Under the pieces are notes generated by a model. The model saw only the letters and a program-made list of their open reading frames with translations, did not search any database and was not told where the DNA came from. A stretch of 64,000 nt of DNA from Macrostomum lignano (lineage: Eukaryota). The stretch covers positions 1,240,001-1,304,000 of the forward strand of contig NIVC01000023.1 of assembly GCA_002269645.1 (NCBI GenBank). Direction: 5' to 3'. Of the stretch, positions 25,663-38,300 are shown in pieces (position 1 is the first letter of the stretch; each line of letters begins with the position of its first letter). The position numbers and the translations under genes were made by a program.

Positions 25663-26711
25663 AATACAATCCACTTTGGTAACAGCCATTTTGGTAACAG
25701 CCACTTTGGTAACATTAACAAAAAATGAACACTTCATAAATAGCCACTTTGGTAACAAAGCAGATTTATAATTGTCAACACTTAATTTTTTGATAATTAG
25801 GTTTAGCAATAATTAGTTTAATAATTAACATCTCAAATTATTTTATTGCATATATTGTTAGAATTTCTAGTTAAACTGTATTATACTTTGTTTAAATTTG
25901 CATATTAACTTTGTGAAAAATTTAAAGGCAAAAAAATAAGCAAAGCAAGCTTGTATACATACATTAAAATCAAAACAAATTTTAAATAATTTAATAAAGA
26001 AAAAAAGTAGATTTTATAATTTTAAATAGGCCCTAGCTGTTCACTAACTAGATCAGAGATTCGAATGTACACAGTACACAATATTTGGTCAATTATAGAT
26101 GTATTGACTCTTGGATGCATATATCTGACTCATCTAGAAATTAAAATAGATCAGTTAAAACACTTTTAAACAAGTTAAACACATGCAGATATGCATGTGT
26201 TTTGTCGTTCTTTCTTTAAAGTTTGTTTGCAGATCTTTTTGGTGCATATCAATTAATACATATTATTCTCACTTGTTACCGAAGCGGCCTAGGTTTTTTG
26301 CCAGAGACAAGGTGCGAAATTGCACCTTGTGCCAAATTTCAAGGAGCGATTTTAAGGCTCAGAGTGCAATTTCTCTTGAGTCTTGTTTCAGACAACTGGG
26401 AATGTATATTTTAATATCTTACATAAGGCTATAGCCATAGGCTATATCGACTATATGACTATATGAATGATATGAATGATATGAATGATAGGATTTAAAG
26501 AGTTATTTTGTTTCATATTTTAAGACAGTGCATAAAAAATAGCTTAAGCATGGTTAAGCCTTTAAAGAAAAATGGTTATAAGACCGCACCTACTTTTTTA
26601 ATTTCAGGGTGCAACTTTAAAAATTAGGGTGCATACACACACTCTGCGCACAAAAAAACCCTGCAAAGCGGCTATTAACCGAAATGGCTGTTACCGAAGT
26701 GGACTGTTACC
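25663..26711. mobile_element. MITE-like element with ccact(t/c)tggtaac subterminal repeats
   Basis: Inverted ends caatccactttggtaacagccatttt and gaaatggctgttaccgaagtggactgttacc; ggaccctag occurs on both flanks. Confidence 0.55.
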
Positions 26712-27228
26712 GGACCCTAGGCCTAGATAGTGTCTTATGCGTTGACCGTAAAAATAACCATTTCGCTATTCATACGGTCACTGGAACAATAACAACCAAA
26801 ATATGGCCTTTTTTGTAAAAATATCAGCTGCAATAAAATTAAGTTTGCACTAAAAAATTTTCACTGTTTACGGTTGCATCTTTTTTCTCACCAAGACACA
26901 CGAATCTCAATACGTCGTACGACGGTTGACAGCCGACAGGATGCAGGATCCAGGATAAAACTAGAGTCTGGTCGCGTGGTGGTAGTTCAGAATCCGAGTG
27001 AACTTCCTAGAAAAAAATTCTTTGAAAACGACAAAACGAAACTGTTTAAACTAACAAAAACCTAAATAGCCACGTGAAGAAAAAATTATATGTAGCTTAC
27101 TAATTATAATAACTTTGTTAGTTGCACAATAATTTTTATGTGCGAATTGCCTTTAAGCAAGAAGTAGATTACGAAATTCGATGTATTAATTTAAACACGA
27201 TGTATTTTCATAGAACTTTTACTACCTT

Positions 27229-28184
27229 GGTGAATTCCGGTTGTTTCGCCCCCAAACTGTTTCGGCCATGGACATTTCGCCCCGAGACCATTTTGCCCAT
27301 AGTCCGTTTCGCCCATAAACCAGTTTAGGCGTTTCAGCCAAAATGTTGAATATGTTGAATGTTGAAATTATATGAATACGTTGAATATGTTGAATATGTA
27401 ATTAGAGATACAGCCATACCGGGCATACATCTACATGTATCTTTATCTTTCTTTTCTTTTTTTCAATGCTAATTTTTAGTTTTAATGTGTAAAGTCATCC
27501 TTTCGAAAGTGTGACAATTAAAGCCAATTTGAACAGCTGAGGATGAGAAAAGGTTCGGTTATACTTATAGAAATTTTTATTTTTTATAAGAGACAGGGGG
27601 TTGTGTGCACCCTGGTGCACTTTAAGCAACATAGGCACACAACCCGCGAGAGGCATTACTGCCCATTCCGCCAACTCCCCTGAGCAGGCATACAAGCGCG
27701 CGGATACATATGCAGGCACACACTCACACAGGAGTGTACAGCGGCCCTAATTTTATTTTATCGTTAGGCATGTACACTTCACTGCGCCTTGGGGGGGAGG
27801 GGTGGGGGTTGGCTCTCAAGGCCATTAATTCCACAAGCAGAGCCAAGCCAAGATTCCAATTCAGCCCCAAATTTAATGTGACTGCACTTGGAATCGAGCC
27901 TGGGTCGCTGGCACACTAGAGCAGCTGCGCTACTGCTGGGCTATGGCCCCTTATACTTATAGAAAGGCAAAGCTGGAAATTCTAAAAGAATAAGATTTCT
28001 CACCAAAATTAAAAATCAAAGCACAGAGTTTAAAACTGTAAAGTTTAGAAACAGTCCATGGCCAAAACTGTCTATGGACGAGGATGAAACAGTCTATATG
28101 GCCTGTGAGTGAAATGGTCTGTGGGTGAAATGATGTAGGCCTAGGGCCTAGGGATGGTTTGTAGGTGAAACAACTGGGGTTACC
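27229..28184. mobile_element. MITE-like element carrying a nested SINE
   Basis: Imperfect TIRs ggtgaattccggttgtttcgccc and ggtgaaacaactggggttacc; acctt on both flanks. Confidence 0.55.
27574..27950 (-). mobile_element. Full-length tRNA-derived SINE family 1 (377 bp)
   Basis: Head ggggccatagcccagcagtag...ggctcgattcc (A/B boxes), A-rich tail, and a 15-bp TSD ttatacttatagaaa at 27559-27573 and 27951-27965. Confidence 0.9.
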
Positions 28185-28869
28185 ACCTTGGTTGGTCTAC
28201 AAGAGTAAAATAACTAACTACTCAACTATTCCAATCAAAAATTTCCACCTTTTGTACTATGGTATTAATTTTTTTCATTTTTATAAATCCTATCAAATAT
28301 AACATATATATTTTCAGATTTTTTAACATAATTGCCTTTTTGGCTTTTTTGGCTTTGGCTAGTACGCCTATTAGTATTAGTATAAGCCATAGGGTAGGCT
28401 CTAGCCAAAGTCGTCATATTCAAAGTTGTCATAGTCAATAATAGGTCATCAAGTCAGGTTTATAGGACCATCACAGCTGAGTCCTGCAATGGTCCCTGGA
28501 CATTTGACAAATTTGTGACAATTTAGTGACAATTTATTTTATGAAATATAAGATTTAGGGCCTATTATTATATTGATTACAAGCTGTTGAAACCCGCGGA
28601 TTTTGAACCCGGGGGATTCCAATCCCCGGAACTACTTTTGCATGTATTCTGAAATCTAAGGTCATACACAAACAAAAACTTGTTAATAGTTAGTAGGATA
28701 GAGGTAGACATAAAATGGACACATTCGTGTAAAATTAGGATTTGAAACAAACATTGATATTGTTGGCTGGGGTACTTCACAGAATGTCAGGCAATGTCTG
28801 TCTGACTCTAAAACATGTATTGGCAAACTCTGGCCTCCCCCTGACTCTCCCTATGTCCCTTGGATCCTT

Positions 28870-29517
28870 TAAAATTTCTATCGTCTCTTCTGTTTCCTCT
28901 CTTCTCTCTCGTCCCTCGTCTCTCCTCTCTCTTCTCTCCTCTCTTCTCTCATATCTTCCCTCATCTCTCTTCTCTTTCATCTCTCTTATCTTTTGTCTCT
29001 TTTCTCTTCTCTCCTCTCTCCTGTCTCCTCTCTACTTTTCGTTTTCTCTCTCCTCTCCTCTCTCCTCTCTACTCTTTCGTTTTCTCTCTCCTCTCCTCTC
29101 TCCTATCTTCTTTCGTATCTTCCCTCATCTCTCTTCTCTTTCATATCACTTATCTCATCTCTTCCCTTTTCTTTTCTCTCTCCTCTCCTCTCTCCTCTCT
29201 ACTTTTTCGTTTTCTCTCTTCTCCTCTCTCTCCCTCTTCTCTCGTCTCTTCCTTCTCCTCTCTATTCTTTTCTCTCTTCTCTTAACTCTCTCCTCTCTCC
29301 TCTTTCCTCTATCTCTCCTCTCTCCCCTCTTCTCTCGTCTCTTCTCTCACCTCTTTCCTCTTTCTCTTTCCTCTCATCTCTTTTCTTGTTTTATCTCTTC
29401 TTTCTCCCCTCGTCACTCGTCTCTTCCCTCACCTCTCTTCTCTCTTGTCTGCGTTTTTATCTCTCCTTTCTCTTCTTTTATCTTTTCTCTCTTATCTCTT
29501 CTCGTTTCTCTCTGCTC

Positions 29518-29589
<72 letters not shown>

Positions 29590-30370
29590 TCTCCTCTCCC
29601 ATCTCTCTTCTCCTCTCTACTCTCTCCCCTCTTCATTCTCCTATTTCCTCTTCTCTCTCCCTGTCTCTCCTCTCTCCTCTAGTCTCTGTAATCTCTTCTC
29701 TCTTATCTCTCCTCTGTTCTCTCTACTCTCCCATCTCTCGTCTGTTCACCCTCATCTCTGCTCTCTCATCTGTCATCTTTACTCTCTAATACGTTCTCTC
29801 ACTTATCTCCTCTGTACTCTTCTCTTTCACCTCTTCTGACTCCTCTCTTTCCTTACTCCTCTCTTCTTTTCTCTTCCCTCTTCTATACTCTCTCTCCTCT
29901 ATTATCTTCTCTCGTCTCTCTGCACTCTCCTCTCACCTTTTTCATCTCTCATCTTTACTCTCTCATCTCTCCTTTCATTTGTCTCATCTCTACAATCTCA
30001 TCTCTCCTTTCTCCCCTCTTCTTACACCCCACTCTTATCTCTATCTCTTCTCTTCTCACTCCTCTCTCCCCCTCTTATCTCCTCTTTTCTCTATCCTTTC
30101 TACTCTCTCCTCTCCTCTTGACCCTCTGTCATCTTCTTTCTGCTCTCTCATCTCTACTCTCTTCTCACACTTCTCTACTCTCCTCTCATCGATCCTCTGT
30201 CTCATCTCTCCCCTCTTCTCACCTTTACTCTTTCCTCTCCCTCCTTTCTCCCCTCCTCTCGCTTCTTCCTCCCTTCATCTCTGCTCTCTCCTCACCACTT
30301 GTCTCTCCTCTTATCTTCCATGTTTTCTCTTATCCCCGTCTCGCCTCTCCTCTATTCTAATAGTCTATTC
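28870..30370. repeat. About 1.5-kb CT-rich low-complexity tract including a pure (CT)n run at about 29522-29585
   Basis: Almost exclusively C/T on the + strand; source of the S/L/F-rich false ORFs. Confidence 0.95.
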
Positions 30371-30874
30371 CTTCTCCTTTCCACTCTCATCTGGCCCGCA
30401 CATAAGCTGGATTCTTTATCTGGCTTTTGAAGTAAAAGTCTGCCGATCCCTGCTTCGAAAGCCAGTTTGTGGGACGTACTACTCTCATCATTATTCTCAT
30501 GGTTTGATCACGTCATCTTTCTTGCCAATTTGCAGCCCTGAAAGGAATTTGTGTATCTTCAGCTCCACTACAGTCTGCATCAGTCTAACAACCAAGGAAA
30601 TACGCATTTCTTAGGAGGCCATTTAAAATTTACACAGTACCTTTAAAAGAAACCTAAAATTTCCATGGTGTGCCTAATTTAGTAGGGTTGTATTGCATTG
30701 CATCGCATCGCCTTTTCATAAATATTTCGCTTTTACAAACCATGCTGGATAGTGGATTCCCTCGATTTGCCAATTGCCATCCAGTGTTAAACTGCTGCAG
30801 AGTTTGCCAATACAGAGGACAGTGGTTAGAATTTCTCACTAAACTGTCACGGCTAAACGTAGCCTCTCCACTCT

Positions 30875-31619
30875 CGGGGTGCAGAGAAGGCTACAAATAA
30901 AGTTATTCCAAAACACTGTACATTTGCTATGTACATTCAGTCCTATCGCCTGACCCTTCGTCTGGCTCTGGGGGAATGAGTGAGTGAGTGGCACAAACAA
31001 CAGAAAAAGCAGACAAACTTCACATGCTTACAGTTTCTTTTTCGGTTGAGTTACAGAGTTGAAACTTTACATTTAGATAGAGAATGAGTCAATGAAGAAT
31101 TGTGTCAAGTTTGAAGTCAATCGCTTTACGTGGAGCAAACTTATGGCAGCTAAAAGTTAGTCAATTTTGAAACCCTTTTACACATCTGGGCCCAGATCGG
31201 GAAAGAGAGGCAGGCGGGCGGAGGTTGGGGTGGCTGCCTCGCTGAAAAAAACAGCCCAACTTTAAAAGTGCACAGCGGCTTTCAGGATTAACTTTGAGAT
31301 TTGAAATTTTACACGATTGTGTCAAAATAGTTGAAGATTGTCTGTGTTAAATTTGAAGAGAATCGGTAGAAGTGGAGCGGCGCTATGGAGGATTTAGTGA
31401 AAAAATCGCGCATTTTGAGCAGTTTTTTGTACTTTTAGGTAGGAAGACTTGAGTCTAGGAAATTAAAAGGTAGCCTAAGACATTCTCCGTAGTAAGTTTA
31501 GGGTGGGTGTAAAGTTTGGTGTAATTTGGTTGAGCGGTTTGGGAGTCCATAGCGATCAAAATTGTCCACACACAGACAGACACACACACACACAGAGTTT
31601 TGATTTTTATATGTAGAGA
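30875..31619 (-). mobile_element. Helitron/HINE-like non-autonomous fragment(s)
   Basis: The minus strand starts a|TCTCTACATATAAAAATC followed by (TG)n/(CTGT)n, typical of Helitron 5' ends. A GC stem-loop (tagcctctccactctcggggtgcagagaaggcta) lies at about 30880-30912. Confidence 0.45.
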
Positions 31620-33649
31620 TAATGAAAAGTCAAGCAAATTTACTTTAAAAAAGATAATATTTTTACAAGTACATATTTTAACAGACATTATTTGCTAATA
31701 CTTAGTTCATATATAGCTTAAATTGATTGGTTTTGTTATGTTGAAATCAGACATTTGGTCTTAGAAAATTGATAGCAAAAAGTGAAACTTGAAAGTAATA
31801 GTCAATTGGCAATAAAATAACTATATTTCCATAGTGCAGAAGAATTTCTATGCATACAAAAGGTAAACTTCAGTTTTAGGCTCTTATATATGATATATGA
31901 GAGTATAACAATAATCAAATAATTTTACTTTGGCTATGCTATAGTCTATACAACAATGCACAATATATACTATAGTTTAGAAGGCAACATATATGCCAAG
32001 ATTTCCTAGCATCACCATCAACAAGGGTCTTACCATTTTTAGTGTATATCAGGATATATCCTGGTATACATAACAGCAGATATATTGTGTCAAATGACAA
32101 TTTTCTTATATTGGCAAACAAACCTAGCATACAAACAAATGTTCTAAGCCCCTTCACTATTTTATAATATCCTATCAATTTGTCACCAAATTATTATAAT
32201 CCTAATTCCTCTGTCTATTTAGTCCTGCAGTTTCTTTATTAAATTGTATTAGAAATTGTCTATCCTATTCTAAGAAAATGTATTAAGCCTATTATTCCTA
32301 AAAAATCCTACTTTTATACTTATATGTACTTTATACACTATGGGCTATTGTCGGTACAAATTACCCTGGGTAGCTTCAGTGCCCAAGCGGCAAGACAGTG
32401 CTGACTACTACTAAACTCTTAAACTATACAGTCCAAACATGGCGTTACTATTGACTGAGAGGTTTCCGGCTTTAATACTGTCTCTCCTGACTAATACTGC
32501 ATACTGCTATAGCAGTCTGAATCTATTTCTTGGAAATCCTCCCTTTCTACTGGGCAATCTGCCCTTTCTTTTACTGAGCAAAATGCTTATTTGGCAATCC
32601 CTGCTTAATTGCATTGACAAAATGCCCTTTCTATCCAACACTGTATGTCCAACTTGCAATCTTGCTTAAATGACCAAGTCAAAAAACCAGAGAAATCTTA
32701 ATTTCTAGGTTATTGAGTATTGAACCCAAAAAGTTAAAGAAATGTTCTATTTTGTAATTTTGGCCTTGTATTTATAGTAGACAAAGTCTTGTCCTATTGG
32801 TTTGTATATCATGCATTTAAATATTAAATAACAGTTAACTAAAACAAAATTATTTCGCCTTACTAAAACAAAATTTCTAGATTTAAAACAAAATAATGCA
32901 TTAAAACAAAAATATACAGTATTTGTTATTTGGTGGGAATTTAACTTTTAAGAATAATAATAATTTTGTAGAATAAAATGTAGGCCCTTCTACACAAGGT
33001 CTTGTCATTTTTCCTAGCATTAAACCCAGCATATACTAATACACAATCCAAACTATGGGACATATATACCATAGACATTCTAGGAAAAAGCATGGAAATT
33101 TGAGTGTTAATTGAATTCAAAAACATTATTATATAAAGTAAAGAGTAAAACAAAAGGTATACCAATGCTGGGTTTAAAAATATAAATTTTATGTTTCATT
33201 GCAACAAGGTTTTTAAAAATATTGTATTTTGCATGCAGTTTTTTATGCTTAAACTGGAGAAAAACTGATAAAGATGTATTGCAAATTTTGTTTTTAAGGA
33301 GCATTCTAGCATAATTATTAAGTACTATATAGTGTACCATGCTAAAATATTACAATTATTTTATAAATAATGTAGATAGTAGTAATGTAACCACTCATCA
33401 ATTCACTAAGTCTTGTTATGAACTTGTGAATACATGTAATATAGGACACTGTGACCAATATATACAATGGTATGGCATGTACAACAAAAGGTCCTTTCAA
33501 AAATAAATGATGTACAACATGTATGATGGCCAGCAACTAGGTTAGAACTAGAAAGTTAGAAGGCAACTAACCTTTAGCACAGGTGGCTATCCAACTAATC
33601 TGCTTCATCTCTGTGGCTGTCATCCAGCACATAGGTGATAGGCCATTGT

Positions 33650-34285
33650 CCTAAAAGGGCTCATTTGAGATTATATAGCCAACCACAGGCTTGAAGAAGT
33701 TGTTATACCATTTGGTTCCTAGAATTGAACTCTGCCCAATAAGGCTAATAGAACAGATGGGACTAAACAATTCTATATGTCTTCTGTTGCTCATGACAAA
33801 GCATACCTCTAGATAGCAGATTAGATTGAAGAGGTACTAGGGCAGTCTCATCATAAATAAGTTGTAACAATAGGTAGCAGTGCAGTTCCATTGTCCCACT
33901 TTGCAATTAAAGTGTTAATGTTAATCTTCTAAGTTGTTTTTGGTTTGTATTTGTATTGGCTGGCCAAATATAGAAATGTCTCATAGAGTTCATTGATAGT
34001 CCTCCATTAGTCAGGTGCTACTAACATAATTGCAGAGCTCAGCTAGATATTCATCAGCTGTAATGGCATATCCTGACTGAAGCTTATCAAAGGCTGCCAC
34101 AATAGTGTCTGCAGGCAAATAAGGCAAAGCCATAATTTTCTAGACAAACTTTTGCATGCCTTCATCTTCTTGATAGGACTGTTGAGTTCCAATGCTCTGG
34201 ACTTTGCACCAAACTGCTTGAGTCCAGTGAAAATTACAGCTACAAACACCAGCATTTGTAAGACCCTCCAGATTGCCTTCTACTC
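33650..34285 (-). pseudogene. Degenerate Mutator-like (MULE) transposase
   Basis: AIWRVL...CNFHWTQAVWCKVQSIG...KIMALPYLP...LCNYVSST*...TKNNLED with several stops; matches the GCxFHWxQA / MALPFLP / TNNxxE motifs of MULE transposases. Confidence 0.75.
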
Positions 34286-35323
34286 AGTGTTCAAAATAAT
34301 AGGACAAAACTTGTTGGGTTAATATTAGGAACTAGTCTCCAAATTTTATGCAAGATTACCTTAACTAGGCTTATAGAAATTAGGTACAGTTATTGTATCT
34401 ACCTATCAGTTTCACAACAATTTTTTGCCATTTTGTGAATTTGCAAATGTATTGATTCAATTACAAAAAGGTTGCATATATATGCACATGTTGCTTGTTT
34501 ATCTTTGAGAAAAACTTCTATTCTTCAAATGGATAAAACTAAATGTTAATATTTTATATTAAAGTATAATGTGTTTTCCTATCTTTAAGGCTGATATTGA
34601 CATTTGACATTAAAGTTGTTTTTTATTTGGCAACTGTATTTTTTAATTCAACATTGACTTTCAATTCAACTCAAGCAAATTTGCAAACATTTTTTGAAAT
34701 AGCTTTATTAGCATATTATTTGCCATGCTGCTATAAGCTATATATATATACAAGCTATACTCTGGAAGGTGGCATTTACACTAGAAAATTCTGACAAATT
34801 TTTGCCCTAGCTGACAATCTTGGTACAAGTCCAGTCAATCTCTGTGGCTAGCATAAGAATAGGAAATGCCAAGAAATACTAGGCAATAACAAACTAGGAA
34901 ACTATAAAATATTATCATCACAGACATCACACTAACTAAAACAATGAAAATGTATTAAATATATGAGTACAAGGGTGTCAAGGTATAAACTAATGATATG
35001 AAAGCAATTGGAGAATTATTAAGACAAGTCCTTGGTCCAACAAATTTATGCTATATATAAATATATGTTACATGAATGTTATACACAAAACTGTTAGGAA
35101 ACTAGTTAGGAAACTAAGATACCAGAATGCCTGGGAAACTAATAGCTCAGATTACATTTAGGCGAGGTTCTATTCATTTTAACAATTGTTGGTTTTGATA
35201 ATAGTAGCAAAGTTTCTAGGAGAATTTTGCATCATAATTTCATCTTTGACACAACCACAATTCATAAATTTGTAGTAGTAAAAATGTTTTTAACAATCAA
35301 TTTGATATTTCAGTTTAGTCAAA

Positions 35324-38300
35324 ATGCCCACATTTGGAGTGTCCCCAACTTGTCCGGTCTGTCAGCAAAAAGTTTACTTTGCTGAGGAGGTGAAATGCCT
35401 GAATAATTCTTATCATAAACTGTGTCTAAAGTGCTGTAAGTAAATCTTTATAGTATGTGCTTCTGTAAAATAATCATATATGACTTGTAGTTACTTGGAA
35501 AAATATTTTCTATTCAACAGCTAGCTGCAGCAAAACTTTGGACTCATCGACTGTCAATGACCACAATGGCAGCATCTACTGCCGAGTCTGCTATGGCAAA
35601 AATTTTGGCCCCAAAGGCTACGGATACGCCTCTGGTGGGGCTGGGCTACTGTCCGAGGGAAATCCGTGAGTGCTTCACTTACCTAAAGTCCTTAATTAAC
35701 ATTTTGTGAAGCTTCAGCTAATTCTGACCTCAGTCTAGTTAACTGTATGTGTTTTTGTTTTAATAGCTTTTAGAATGCCTTATCTATTTCTACACTGTAG
35801 GTTTATAGATCCCCAGTTGCTGGGCCAGCCTCCCAGATCCCCAGTTGCTGGGCCAGCCTCCCAGATCCTCAGTTGCTGGGCCAGCCTCCCAGATCCCCAG
35901 TTGCTGGGCCAGCCTCCCAGATCCCCAGTTGCTGGGCCAGCCTTCCAGATCCTCAGTTGCTAGGCCAGCTTCCCAGATCCTCAGTTGCTGGGCCAGCCTC
36001 CCAGATCCTCAGTTGCTGGGCCAGCCTCCCAGATCCTCAGTTGCTGGGCCAGCCTCCCAGATCCTCAGTTGCTGGGCCAGCCTCCCAGATCCCCAGTTGC
36101 TGGGCCAGCCTTCCAGATCCTCAGTTGCTAGGCCAGCTTCCCAGATCCTCAGTTGCTGGGCCAGCCTCCCAGATCCTCAGTTGCTGAGCCAGCCTCCCAG
36201 ATCCTCAGTTGCTGGGCCAGCCTCCCAGATCCTCAGTTGCTGGGCCAGCCTCCCAGATCCTCAGTTGCTGAGACAGCCTCCCAGATCCCCAGTTGCTGGG
36301 CCAGCCTCCCAGATCCTCAGTTGCTGAGCCAGCTTCCCAGATCCCCAGTTGCTGGGCCAGCCTCCCAGATCCCCAGTTGCTGGGCCAGCCTTCCAGATCC
36401 TCAGTTGCTAGGCCAGCTTCCCAGATCCTCAGTTGCTGGGCCAGCCTCCCAGATCCTCAGTTGCTGAGCCAGCCTCCCAGATCCTCAGTTGCTGGGCCAG
36501 CCTCCCAGATCCTCAGTTGCTGGGCCAGCCTCCCAGATCCTCAGTTGCTGAGCCAGGCTCCCAGATCCCCAGTTGCTGGGCCAGCCTCCCAGATCCTCAG
36601 TTGCTGGGCCAGCCTCCCAGATCCTCAGTTGCTGAGCCAGCTTCTTAGATCCTCAGTTGCTGGGCCAGCCTCCCAGAGTGTCAGTTGCTGGGCCAGCCTC
36701 CCAGAGTGTCAGTTGCTGGGCCAGCCTCCCAGATCCTCAGTTGCTAGGCCAGCTTCCCAGATCCTCAGTTGCTGGGCCAGCCTCCCAGATCCTCAGTTGC
36801 TGAGCCAGCCTCCCAGATCCTCAGTTGCTGGGCCAGCCTCCCAGATCCTCAGTTGCTGGGCCAGCCTCCCAGATCCTCAGTTGCTGAGCCAGCCTCCCAG
36901 ATCCCCAGTTGCTGGGCCAGCCTCCCAGATCCTCAGTTGCTGGGCCAGCCTCCCAGATCCTCAGTTGCTGAGCCAGCCTCCCAGAGTGTCAGTTGCTGGG
37001 CCAGCCTCCCAGAGTGTCAGTTGCTGGGCCAGCCTCCCAGAGTGTCAGTTGCTGGGCCAGCCTCCCAGAGTGTCAGTTGCTGGGCCAGCCTCCCAGAGTG
37101 TCAGTTGCTGGGCCAGCCTCCCAGATCCTCAGTTGCTGGGCCAGCCTCCCAGAGTGTCAGTTGCTGGGCCAGCCTCCCAGAGTGTCAGTTGCTGGGCCAG
37201 CCTCCCAGAGTCAGTTGCTGGGCCAGCCTCCCAGAGTGTCAGTTGCTGGGCCAGCCTCCCAGAGTGTCAGTTGCTGGACCAGCCTCCCAGACCCTCAGTT
37301 CTTAGACGGCCTTTCCAAACACTATGAATACTTTCACAGTTTCTAATGGAAGTTCTTATTGTTAATTTTTCCTTATTATTTGTATCACTGTACTGTTATA
37401 AACGATTAATTAATCCACAGGTTTGTCATAGAAAAGTAAGTTTTTAGCAATTCCTTAAATAGCACAAAGCAGTAAATTAAATTTATAGCACAGTTGATTG
37501 TAGTTTTGAATCGCATCAGTTACTACGTATTGTTTGTCTACTTTGTTGTCGAAAGTCTAAAGTAAAAAGAAAATAAATAACTTGTTGATAGAAGTGATAG
37601 AATTGATACACACTTTATACGGCAGTAACTTTCTTTGCAATGCTCTAACCGCTTTACCTCCATGGCACCACTGCTGTCAGTGAGGCTGCTATCAAGCGTC
37701 TCATTTGGCATTCTGGGGGTTGTAGCCTAGTAGTTAGAGCGTCGGACTCACGACTTATAGGTCGGGGGTTCGATTCCCGACCCACTAGAAACAATTTGTT
37801 TCCCTGAGCAACCGACACTTAACTCTGCATTGCTTCAGTTCACCCAGCTGTAAAATGGGTGCCAGCATTAGCTGGGGTAATTGATGGTGTGTGGCGACCC
37901 CCCCCCTCCCCAGTCCTTGGACTGAACAGCCGTACGCAGCCTTCAGATGCGCCGCGCAATAGCTGCGGCTGAGCTGTCGGTTGCACATCTTGGCCCGAAT
38001 GGGGCAGGTCCGCAGGTGTAATCAATCGTTGTTATTATTACCCGCTATTTCCATTCTGTATTTTGAACAAGCACAAATTGTTAACCTCATTTCATTGTCT
38101 ATTCAAGCGTATGTAAAAGTATCGTGTTTCCCTTAAGAAAAGCTACATAAAGGAAACTAATAGATTATTGACGCAGCTGTATGGCCTTGACTGCGAAAGT
38201 GGCCACCAGTAATAATCATAATTAGTCTGGATAGATTTACTTTGTTGGGCGTGGCAGTTTGAGATTAGGCCACGCCCTTAATATATTATACCCATTTAAT

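Noticed and set aside
28742-30614. S/L/F-rich 200-365-aa 'membrane protein' ORFs
   Set aside because: CT-only low-complexity DNA cannot contain stop codons, so open frames are expected.
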